The notes beneath the pieces are model-generated. The model had not been told where the DNA came from. It saw only the letters and a program-made list of their open reading frames with translations, and made no database searches. Source: Tubulanus polymorphus (Eukaryota; Animalia; Nemertea). From it: DNA of 64,000 nucleotides. Shown here in pieces: positions 10,701 to 22,700 of this stretch (position 1 is its first letter; each line of letters opens with the position of its first letter). A program made the translations under genes and the position numbers. The stretch covers positions 18,944,150 through 19,008,149 of the forward strand of contig NC_134026.1 in assembly GCF_964204645.1 (NCBI RefSeq), in the 5' to 3' direction.

Positions 10701-13700
10701 GATGCCTTCTCTCTGGACTGGTCGGGATGCATGCGTATGCGTTCCCGCCCACACCAGTCCTGCCGCGCTTACTGGATCAAATAGAGAGATCAGTCAATTG
10801 CAACATAGTTCTGGTAGCAAGTACCATTTACGATGCCAAATGGAGTCATTTTGCGGATTGGTGTGCTGCAGGAGAAATTGATCCATGCTCACCCTCTGTA
10901 GCTCAATTGGCAGATTTTTTACTGCACCTATTTGTAGTAAAAGGTTTGCAGGTCATAACTATTAAAGGTTACCGCTCCGCGATTTCTCATACATTGCGTG
11001 CTTCTGGATGGCCAAATGTAGCAGGGGATCATCGGATATCCCAGCTGGTTGCAGGGTTTTCTATTTCCCGGCCTCGGGTAACAAGGACAGTTCCACCATG
11101 GGATCTGTCTGTAATTTTGAAGAAGTTAATGGAGGCTCCATTTGAACCTCTTTCGGCAGCGTCATTTGCAAATTTGTCAAAAAAGACTGTATTTTTGCTG
11201 TTCTTGGCTTGCTCGGCCCGTCGCTCTGAGATTCATGCGCTTTCAGTCCGACAAGGTCATATTGTCTTTGGGCCAGCGAATGAATTTGTTTCGCTGCGGC
11301 CTGCTTTGGAATTTTTGGCAAAGAACCAACGACCAGGCTCGGTTGGGCGTCAATGGCGAATTGAAGCCCTAAAACATCGAGTGGAACCAGGCATCCCGGA
11401 CAGGACTTTGTCCTGTGCGGGCGTTGTGTTTCCATTTAGATCGCTCTGCTTCACGGAGGGGTTCACGGGAGCGGTTATTTATTCCGCTGCTGGATCACCT
11501 AAAGGGGGATATCTCGCGGGACACAGTAGCCCGATGGGTCTCTTCAATGATCAAGGACATTTTATTGAAGGAGAATCTTTCCTCGGAGGGAGTCGTTTCT
11601 CATCAAGTGAGGTCTATGGCTACTTCCTGCGCAGCCTTTTCGGGTGCTCCGTTGGAGGAAGTCTGTCGGGCCGCCTTTTGGAATTCACCGTCGACATTCA
11701 CGTCATTTTATTTACAGGATGTTTCAGGCCAGTTAGGCTCATTAGCTTCACTTGGTCCTGTTGTCATGGCTCAAGGTGTCCGTTCTTTCCGATCGGACCC
11801 TTTAGTGTAGAATATTTATGTTGCATTATCAGGATCACAGGGGGTGTATCCCTTGTACATAGTTTGGGCTCATATCTGCAAGTATTAATTTCGCAAAATT
11901 CTGGGGGGGCCCCTGAGCTGGACGGACTTACTGTGGCCAACCGGTCTTCCCTGTGCTACAGTGCTCCATTCCGTGCTTGGGTAAGTGCTCTCTTTTTCCC
12001 TCTTACCTTGCGTTTGAGCGGTGGTTTTTCTATCTACCTTTCCCACCATCCTTGTGCTAGGCTAGTGTAGCAAAAACCATAGGAAAGGGTACAGTACTCG
12101 ACGGAAATATTACAATTTTTGGAACTAAAATTTGTATTTCCGAGTAGTACTTACCCTTTCCTATGGTGGGAATCCCGCCCACCTGCCCCGCATAGCTGTT
12201 TTTTTTTTGGTCTGCTATGACGTAAAAAGATGGCGGATTTCGCCGGTGGCTAAATGCAATACCGCAGGGCCGGGTCGTATAGCAAAACCATTGGCGATAA
12301 ATCCAAATTTAGAAAATATTGGCAAAAACCATAGGAAAGGGTAAGTACTACTCGGAAATACAAATTTTAGTTCCAAAAATTGTAATTTTGTAGGATTGGC
12401 TGAAGTTGTCGGTGGACTCGGTATTGAGAAGTTGCACAAACTGATGCCTGACATTATTCAGACATCCGAGCGATCTGACATTGCGTCTCATGTACGCGAT
12501 GGATACATCATGATGTATATCTATCTGCCCGGTGTATTCGGAAATGATTTCACGCCGTACGTCGGACCAATCTTACCATCGATTTTACAGGTACTTATTT
12601 TATTTATTGCTAGTGCGACATTGTTAAATCAACTATCAAGCACTGATTGAATGATAGGATAGTGGCAGATTTCTCAAAGATGTGATTCTTAAAAACACGT
12701 CCCGTTGAGTCCACAAGTCCCACAATAGAAATGAAGATTAAAAGGTGCCAATTCAAGGAGCTTCAAGGAATATTTTGTCATCTCCAAGAAATTTTCCATG
12801 AGCAGAAAATAGCTATTTGTATGACTATGTAAAGGCTGAAATTAAATTACAAACGTTTTAAGATATGCAGCTTTAATCCTTACTTTTATTGTGAGATATT
12901 TCTAGCCCACTTAAATCCCAGTGGACTTCTGCGTTAACATTTATCTGTCGTCCCTCTGTAGACTGTCCATTTGTAGACAGAATCTAGTTTTCTTGGGAAG
13001 TTTTTGATACGCCATGATGTATGGTCTTGATAATTCGTTTATATTTGACTCTACCCTAACCACATCTGCACACAAACCACGGAAATCAAGGTGGCTGACT
13101 GGCCATTGTTGTTCAGCAGAATCGGCACTCGTAAAGGCCTCGGCTTATTAGGGGAAAATAGACCATCTTTTCTTACATTGGAACCATTCTGTAATAGTTT
13201 TGTGTGTGTGTTTTAGGCATTAGCGGATGAGTCCGAATATGTCCGAGATACAGCTCTACGAGCTGGCCAACGTATAATCAACATGTATGCCGACACAGCT
13301 GTCACTTTGTTGCTGCCGGAGCTAGAACATGGTTTGTTTGATGAAAACTGGCGTATTAGATACAGTTCTGTTCAGCTATTGGGTGATCTTCTTTACAGAG
13401 TCTCAGGTTTGTACTTAAAGTATATGTAGTGTGATAGCAGCTGTTCTATTCTATATGCGGTCTAGACCGTAAGGTCAGCAGGAAATTTACGCTGATCAGT
13501 ATTCGATCTCAAGTTCAATGATTCAATTCAGGTGTTACTGGTAAGATGACTACGGAAGGTGCCGGAGAAGACGACAATTTCGGAACCGAAGGTTCACAAT
13601 CTGTAAGTTTCGATTTTTGAAAAATCCATCACATTAGTCCAGTCATAACCAAACGTTGACTGCAGCAAAGATATATACATTTGAAATATGTGTACAGGCT

Positions 13701-16700
13701 ATTCTGATGGTGCTCGGTGAAGACAGACGAAATCGAGTTCTGGCTGGTTTGTATATGGGACGATCTGATACAGCATTGATGGTTAGACAAGCTGCGCTTC
13801 ACGTTTGGAAGGTCATCGTTACGAATACGCCGAAAACGCTACGAGAAATACTTCCAACTCTGTTTTCTCTTTTACTCGGCTGTCTCGCGAGTACGAGCTA
13901 CGATAAACGACAGGTACGAAATCAATCAGAACTAACTCAGCAGATGTATTCGATGATATTGTCGAACAATATGCTTACCATCGTATTTTAAAAGAACAGA
14001 ACCAATGATGCAGTTAAGCCAAGGCTGTGCAAGTTATATCTTGATATAATTCATACTGTTCTATATACATATATATACCGATAGGTTGCTGCTCGTACCC
14101 TGGGTGATATCGTACGAAAACTTGGTGAACGCGTGTTACCAGAAATCATACCTATCTTAGAGAGAGGATTAGATAGTGAACAGAGTGACCAGAGGCAAGG
14201 CGTCTGCATCGGTCTCACGGAAATTATGAGTTCAACAAGTAGAGATCACGTGAGTTAATTTTTAGCCGTGGCTACCCAGTAGTCACTGCTACTTTGGAAA
14301 ATGTGCAAAGAGTGTGACTGACATCTGAAAATGTAAACATATTTAACATGTTTGTAGCCAAAATGCATGGTATGAATGGTAGATACCTAAACATTCATAG
14401 GAAGAATAACAACTTTCATTTGTGGATAACGTAATGTCACAAAACTAACAAACATCTTTTTGATCCTCCGTCTGCAAATAAGCTTTTCCTGTTTTGATCG
14501 TAAACTTACCAGTGATGACATCCGACATCGAATTAAATAAATCGATTCTTATTTTGTAGGTGGTTGTATTCGCCGACAGTTTGGTGCCAACAGTTCGCAA
14601 GGCATTGCTCGATCCTCTACCGGAGGTTCGAGAAGCAGCCGCTAAAACATTCGACAACTTGCACAACAACATCGGTTCTCGTGCACTCGATGATATCTTA
14701 CCATATCTACTTAAGTCGTTGGTGAGTGTTCTTTCAATGAGGGATCTATGTTTGACTGTGGCAATCGAGAATTCTGCTTAAATTTTACAAATTCTATGAT
14801 TGATGATGAATAAAAATTTCACTATTATGGAGCCTGAAGCTCATTTGGAGTTTATCAAGAGACACACTTTTCCTTACGTTTAATTATGTAGAAGGCTCAA
14901 AATCTAGAAAGAAGGTCATTATAGAATATGTACTAAATTTTGATTTTTCCTTTTGATCAGATACGCATATCATTTGGCCAAATCCTCATCGATCATCGAA
15001 TAATTGCCCCGGACAATTTCCCCCGGACAGCGATCATCGGATAATTGCCCCGTACAATTTCCCCTGGACAGGCCCCTCCTGTACAATTGCCCCCCAAATT
15101 AAATCTTTTTAATCTTAAAATAACACAGATATTTACTTCTAACTAATTAGACTAGCTAATTAGTGCAGCTAACTACTCTAGGACTGATTTAAAGTTTTTG
15201 GTTTACCTTTGTCAGCGATATGAGGTTGGCATTGGGCCAATTCATGTAAAATCGTGGTACGTTTTTTTATGTGAGCATTTGTTTCATTGGTTCTCGGCTT
15301 AAACGACGTATAATCGATGCGATTGAAGACATGGCGAACCTCCGTCGATGTACATCAACGAGTTAAAATTCTATGAAAAACTGTTTTTGGCGGGAAAATT
15401 CTTAGCTCTCGTGTATAAAATTGCAATGACCTCGATTGGGGGGCGTCGTCTCTACGAGCGAATGGGATTGGCTGTATTTCCGTCGAGTACTGTACCCTTT
15501 CCTATGGTTTTTGCCAATATTTTCTAAATTTGGATTTATCGCCAATGGTTTTTCTATACGACCCGGCCCTGCGGTATTGCATTTAGCCACCGGCGAATCT
15601 CGCAGTAGAACGCGTTGGATTTTTTCGCCGTAAAAATCTGGGAATAAGGATATTAGGGAGTTTTTACTCTCATAACGGTGAGTCCGTTCGGTTTGGGGGT
15701 TATCCCTGGTTTCTTTTTTTCCGTAAGAATTTTATTTACAAATATAATTTGATTGAATTGAATTGTTTTGATTTGTAACAGGATAATTATGCCACCCCCT
15801 CCTAAGGGTCAGCATCGTGGCAGGGAGGGATGCGGGCATTTGTTTGGCGCCTGGGACAACCACGATTCATGTGCGTCGTGCAGGCGCAAATCCGGTCAAA
15901 TATGTGCAAGGAGCAATCTTTGCAAGATTTGCGTCGTGTGGTCCGAGGACCTTTGGCTTCGGGCCGATAAGGCTCTTAAACTAAGAGATCGTCGTCGAGT
16001 TAGCAGGGATTCGTCGGTTTCGGCCGATGTGCCAACCGACGTTTCTAATCCTGTTTCTTATCGTAAAGCGGAGCGGTCGCCGGTCGTTCAGGTACGATCG
16101 GCTTCCCAACTCCGTTCACCGGGGAGGAACGCTGGTTCAACGGCACCGGTCTCCGGTCATTCACCGGTCTCTGGTCGTTCACCGGTTCGGCCAGTTCGGC
16201 CAGTTCAGACTACATGTTCGGAACCGAGCACGCGCCGCGGTAGTCGCGACGGCCCGCACCGGTTCGGTCGGTACCGGTCCGGGTCGGGCATCGGTCCGGT
16301 TCGGCCACCGGTCCGGTCCAGACGTCATCCGGTTCAAAACATCCGGTACGTTCATCGTCTGATTCTGATCGTCGCTCCGGGGATAGAGCTCGCTCTCCCA
16401 CTAGATTTAGACGCCGTGAGCGTAATAAACGAGCAAGATCTCCTTCTCGCAGATCAAGGTTTGATCGCGAGAGGGACTACGATCGTTATTGTCGGAAGTT
16501 TCGCCATCGGTCTTCTCATCGTTCGTCGACGCCGGTTAGCGATGAAAGCGATTCTTCTAGTAGGTCGCGATCCCGTTCGAGGGACCGTCACCGGGATACT
16601 GGAAAATACCTGACTCAGAAGGATTTCCATGTATTTGAGGAGAAAATTTTAAACGTGTTATCTTCGTCGCAACAAGTCGCTGCAACTTCTACAACAGGTA

Positions 16701-19700
16701 AGCCTATTCCTGATTGTCCGGTTAGAAGTTCGCCAGCCCACTCAGTTTTTCGGAATTCTGACTCTGAATTCCTGGATGCTGCGGTAGGGTCTGATTTCAA
16801 TGAGGATCCGGTCCCAGAAGCGGCAATTCCTTCTGGGGTCGTTCCTGTCGCGAGCAATTGTGGGTTGCCCCAGACGATGGGGGCTTCCCTGGCTCGCAAT
16901 GTATCTCCGTCCCGTTCAGTTTTATCCGAACCAGCGGGGGACATGCCATTTAGAGCGATGATAAGTGAGTTCTTTGTCAAGCACGGGGCAACTCGCGCTA
17001 AGCCCACAGCAGCTCCTCTGGTCGGTGAGTCAATGGAAGCTTATCGCCCTCCGGACTCCGATCTTAACGTTTTACGGGAATCGTCAGCGGTTTCGAGAGA
17101 ATGGGCTCGATTGGATACGCAATTATGGGGTGAATGTCGGCCTGGAACATTTTCATTTCCCCCTCCAGGACGGGGTATGAAATCTGGGAAATATTTTAGT
17201 TCAACCGATCCACCTATAGGCGCATTTCGCTCGGCGTATTACGCAACTCCAGGTGCTGTGGATCACAGTCATAACTGCCTGGATGCTGATTATACTTTGA
17301 TCAGCCCGGATACTGTTACAGCACAGTCGGGTATTCGTTTGCCTAAGTCCGGTTTGGTGGCCATGACGTCAATCCTGGACAATCTTACCAGGGTTGGTTC
17401 GTTTCAAGATATGGCACTTAAGGTGTTGACGGGTGAGCTTCGCGAGATTCAGGCCGCCGTTCATGCGGGCTCCGACCCAGAGTCAGTTGCCCTAAAACTG
17501 GAGGGAATGGACCGGATTATCCAATCTTTGGCTCGGTCTGTTTCGCATGTAATTCCGTTGTCGGTTCGGGGTCAGGTTAATCTGGTGTTAGCCTCCCGTC
17601 AGTTAGGGATGGACTCCAGTTCCAAAACTCGTCTACCGGATATGGTGTCCAATGCTTTGCTGAGAGCCCCATTGGGGACGTCTTCACGTCTCTTCTCCGG
17701 TTGGTGCGCTCCGGTTTCCGCAGAGCTGAGGAAGATTCGGGAGGTTCAGGCCAAGTCCAACCCCCGAACTCCGTGGAAAAAGCGTTCTGGTCCGACGCCG
17801 GCGGCGCAAGGTTCGGCACGGACGCAAACAGGACCATCTCAAACTTCAGCGCTTTCTCAGGCGGCTTCGGATGCCGGTTGGAGAACTAGCGCGCAACTTC
17901 AACAATCGTGTCAAGCCTCGTCCGGTCGTAACAGTTCCGGTTCGTATCGAGGCAAGGGGAAGGCTCCAAAAAGGGGCTCTTCCTTTCGGAAAAACTCGAA
18001 ATGAATTCTTGGGACCAGTGGGAGGTTGTCTGCAGCAGGCAGCAACCCACTGGTCCGACCTCTTTGGAGACGGTTGGCCCTCCCGGGTCGTCTCTCGTGG
18101 CTACCGTCTCCGTTTCCTAAGGCGACCGCGCCTGATGAGGTCACCTCCCGACATGCGGCCAAAACCAGGTCAGGAGGCCTTAATCTCTCCGGCTCTCAAG
18201 GAAGTGGCCGAGAAGGGAGCGATAGAACCAGTTTGCAACGAAACTTCTCCCGGCTGGTTTTCTCGAATATTCATGGTACCAAAGGCCACAGGGGGTCAAC
18301 GGACAGTGATAGATCTGTCATCCCTCAATCGGCACCTAGACATTCCAAGGTTCCGGATGACCAAGCCCAAGGACGTGATTCAAGGGCTCCGTCCGGGTCA
18401 ATGGGCGGCTTCATTGGACCTGAAAGATGCTTACTTTCAGGTTCCAATTCACCCAAAATCTCGGCGATTTCTCAGGATAAAGTGGAAAGGCCGCCAGTTC
18501 CAATTCAGGTCTCTTCCATTTGGCCTCAGTACGGCCCCGTGGGTTTTCACCAAGTTGGTCAAGTCAGTTCAGAAGGTACTTCAGTCAAGGGGTGTTCGAC
18601 TGTTCGTTTACCTCGACGACTGGTTAATAGTCGCGAATTCGGCTCAGGAATGTCGGGAGGCAATGACCTCAGTCTTGGACTTAGTCCATCAGCTAGGGTT
18701 CCGCGTAAACAGGGAAAAATCTCAGTTGACGCCGGCCCAACAGTTCACTTATCTCGGCATGGACTTCGATCTCCGAATCGGCAAAGTCTTTCCGTCTATG
18801 GTTCGAGTAGCCAAACTTCAAGAAGCTGTAGCGGGAGTGTCCACAACCCCGAAAACAGCTCGTTACTGGTCACGGCTTCTAGGCTCCATCAGCTCCATGG
18901 GTCTGGTGGTGCCCTTAGACCGCCTCAGAAGCAGGCGCTTGCAACAATATTGGAAGGTCTTCTGGTCTCAGTCGAAGGGCAACTGGGAGGCCTTGATTCC
19001 CGTACCTCCAACCAATCTAAGTCCGGATCTTCAGTGGTGGGCGGCAACTACGAATCTTCTGCTCGGGGTGTCACTAGCCCCGTTAGAGGCTCCAGTTCGT
19101 GTATTCACGGATGCCAGTCACCAAGGATGGGGGGCACATCTGGAGAACCGAGTCAAAGCCGGGAGATGGTCTCGCTACGAGGCCACCAACCACATAAATT
19201 TCCTAGAAATGCTGGCCGTGTGGAAGGCCCTGAAGTTCTTTCACAGGAGAGTGGAGGGCCACCACGTTTGGTTAGCCACGGACAATTCAACAGTGAGGGC
19301 TTACCTTCAGAACCAAGTGGGCACTCACTCAGAAACCCTCACAGGTCTGTCGGCCAAAATTCTTCTTTGGTGCCAGACAAAGGGCGTGTCCCTGACTGTT
19401 GCACATTTAGCAGGGAAAAGGAACGTGATGGCCGATGCTCTGTCTCGTCGAGGTCAGGCTATTGCGACAGAATGGGTTCTCCACCAAGAAGTTGCCGATC
19501 GGGTTCGGTGCATTTTTGGCAATCCGCTGCTGGATCTGTTTGCCACCCGGTTCAATCGGAGGTGTCCTCTGTTTGTGTCCCCGTTTCCAGACGCGGAAGC
19601 GTGGGGGGTCGATGCCTTCTCTCTGGACTGGTCGGGGATGCATGCGTATGCGTTCCCGCCCACACCAGTCCTGCCGCGCTTACTGGATCAAATAGAGAGA

Positions 19701-22700
19701 TCAGTCAATTGCAACATAGTTCTGATAGCACCATGTTGGCCGGCTCAGAAATGGTTCCTACCACTTCTCAACCTACTGTGCGACAACCCCAGGATTCTTC
19801 CGAATTTCCCATCGCTTCTGTCTCAGGGGAACTTTCGGCATCATCCAAACAGCCAGTGGTTAAATCTGCTCACCTGGCCATTGCCCAGCGATCTTTGTCA
19901 GCTTCAGGCTTTTCAGAACAGGCTGCCTCCTTTATCGCAGGATCTAAGCGACCATCAACAAGTACCATTTACGATGCCAAATGGAGTCATTTTGCGGATT
20001 GGTGTGCTGCAGGGGAAATTGATCCATGCTCACCCTCTGTAGCTCAATTGGCAGATTTTTTACTGCAACTATTTGAAGTAAAAGGTTTGCAGGTCAGGTC
20101 ATAACTATTAAAGGTTACCGCTCCGCGATTTCTCATACATTGCGTGCTTCTGGATGGCCAGATGTAGCAGGGGATCATCGGATATCCCAGCTGGTTGCAG
20201 GGTTTTCTATTTCCCGGCCTCGGGTAACAAGGACAGTTCCACCATGGGATCTGTCTGTAATTTTGAAGAAGTTAATGGAGGCTCCATTTGAACCTCTTTC
20301 GGCAGCGTCATTTGCAAATTTATCAAAAAAGACTGTATTTTTGCTGTTCTTGGCTTGCTCGGCCGGTCCCTCTGAGATTCATGCGCTTTCAGTCCGACAA
20401 GGTCATATTGTCTTTGGGCCAGCGAATGAATTTGTTTCGCTGCGGCCTGCTTTGGAATTTTTGGCAAAGAACCAACGACCAGGCTCAGTTGGGCGTCAAT
20501 GGCGAATTGAAGCCCTAAAACATCGAGTGGAACTGGGCATCCCGGACAGGACTTTATGTCCTGTGCGGGCGTTGTGTTTCTATTTAGATCGCTCTGCTTC
20601 TCGGAGGGGTTCACGGGAGCGGTTATTTATTCCGCTGCTGGATCACCTAAAGGGGGATATTTCGCGGGACACAGTGGCCCGATGGGTCTCTTCACTGATC
20701 AAGGACATTTTATTGAAGGAGAATCTTTCCTCGGAGGGAGTGGTTTCTCATCAAGTGAGGTCTATGGCTACTTCCTGCGCAGCCTTTTCGGGTGCTCCAT
20801 TGGAGGAAGTCTGTCGGGCCGCCTTTTGGAATTCACCGTCGACATTCACGTCATTTTATTTACGGGATGTTTCAGGCCAGTTAGGCTCATTAGCTTCACT
20901 TGGTCCTGTTGTCATGGCTCAAGGTGTCCGTTCTTTCCGATCGGACCCTTTAGTGTAGAATATTTATGTTGCATTATCAGGATCACAGGGGGTGTATCCT
21001 TGTACATAGTTTGGGCTCATATCTGCAAGTATTAATTTCGCAAAATTCTGGGGGGGGCCCTGAGCTAGACGGACTCACTGTGGCCAACCGGTCTACCCTG
21101 TGCTACAGTGCTCCATTCCGTGCTTGGGTAAGTGCTCTCTTTTCCCTCTTACCTTGCGTTTGAGCGGTGGTTTTTCTATCTACCTTTCCCACCATCCTTG
21201 TGCTAGGCTAGTCTAGCAAAAACCATAGGAAAGGGTACAGTACTCGACGGAAATATTACAATTTTTGGAACTAAAATTTGTATTTCCGAGTAGTACTTAC
21301 CCTTTCCTATGGTGGGAATCCCGCCACCTGCCCCGCATAGCTGTTTTTTTTTGGGTCTGCTATGACGTAAAAAGATGGCGGATTTCGCCGGTGGCTAAAT
21401 GCAATACCGCAGGGCCGGGTCGTATAGAAAAACCATTGGCGATAAATCCAAATTTAGAAAATATTGGCAAAAACCATAGGAAAGGGTAAGTACTACTCGG
21501 AAATACAAATTTTAGTTCCAAAAATTGTAATTTTTGGGATATACGGGGAATTCCGGCGCTACTAAAATAATAATGGGAAAGCCATAGAATGGCGTACGTT
21601 TCATTGGACTAGGTGCCGTATACATGCCAATTTTAAATGCTCATTGCTGGTGAGGATGTAATTATTTCACACATCCGCCATAGGTATTGTTTCATTTTAA
21701 TATCTGGTGATTGTTTTGATTGATATTGAAGTGTAAGTTTTCTTACCTACCGACTCATCCTGAAAAGTTGAGTCGGTGTTACGGCAAACAGACATTTATT
21801 TTGGGATGGCCTTATTTGAACATTTTTTTCATATTGTGAAACATATTTTTTTTGGAAAATATAAAATGATTTCCCTGCCACGCCTACCTGTACCCTACAA
21901 ACTTTTGGACGTGGACCGTAACCAAATGTATATCTTTGGTCTTATTTGACTACAAAATAATTCTTTAAGAAAGATAAAATACATTATAAACTTGTGGAAC
22001 TTTGAAGTCACGAATTAAAAAGATTTTTCAAGCAATGCCCTTACTCCAAACAACCTCTAGCTTTCAAGGTAAACCACACTTTGCCCGTGGGCAATTTATT
22101 TATTGGCTGAAGTAACACTAAAACTAATTCCAATAAATTTATTAACATTAACTAATGTACTCATAAGTGGACTAATTAAGTTTCCTTTAATTTGGTAAGT
22201 GAATTATAATTACTCAAGGACTGATTTAAAGTTTTTGATCTGCACACAACATCAGTAATTCTATATCTTATAAATCTATATTCAATAATGTACAAATGAA
22301 TTTCTAAGTAAAGTATTTAGGTGGTGTAAATCCAAATTAAAAAAGATTTTATTCGGGGGGCAATTGTTCAGGGGGAAGTGTCCTAGGGGGCATTTGTCCA
22401 GGGGGCAATTGTCTGGGCGGCAGTTGTCTGGGGGCAATTGTCCTAGAATCCATCAATAGGAACATCTGATGAAGAACATGTAGTGTATGAATATATCCCT
22501 TTTTATTACAGGATGACCCAGAATTATCTGATCTTGCTTTGGACGGCTTGAAACAAGTGATGGCTGTCAAAAGTCGAGTGGTGTTGCCATTCCTTGTTCC
22601 TCAGGTATGATGGATTTTCGTTACAAAACAAATTTTGTTTTCACCTTCAATACATGAAAGTATCAAATGCATATTGAAATCTTGTTTTCTAGCTAACCGC

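Larger units (their letters stand above)
6549..12385 (+). mobile_element. DIRS1-like retrotransposon, copy 2, both ends present but defective
   Basis: Left ITR 6549-~6686, ICR 12070-12166, right ITR ~12224-12385; frameshifts in gag, pol and YR; ~230-bp deletion at ~10819. Confidence 0.95.
15475..21530 (+). mobile_element. DIRS1-like retrotransposon, copy 3, both ends present but defective
   Basis: Left ITR with an internal deletion near 15598, ICR 21216-21312, right ITR ~21369-21530. Confidence 0.95.
14991..22450. mobile_element. Non-autonomous foldback/MITE-like DNA element with ~15-bp GGACAATTGCCCCC subterminal repeats, split by DIRS copy 3
   Basis: Repeat array ~15000-15113 is the reverse complement of ~22336-22450; no clear TSD. 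Confidence 0.65.

Noticed and set aside
1-21530. Assembly artefact producing three DIRS copies
   Set aside because: Each copy has private mutations and distinct flanks, and the intervening GCN1 exons are unique and colinear.
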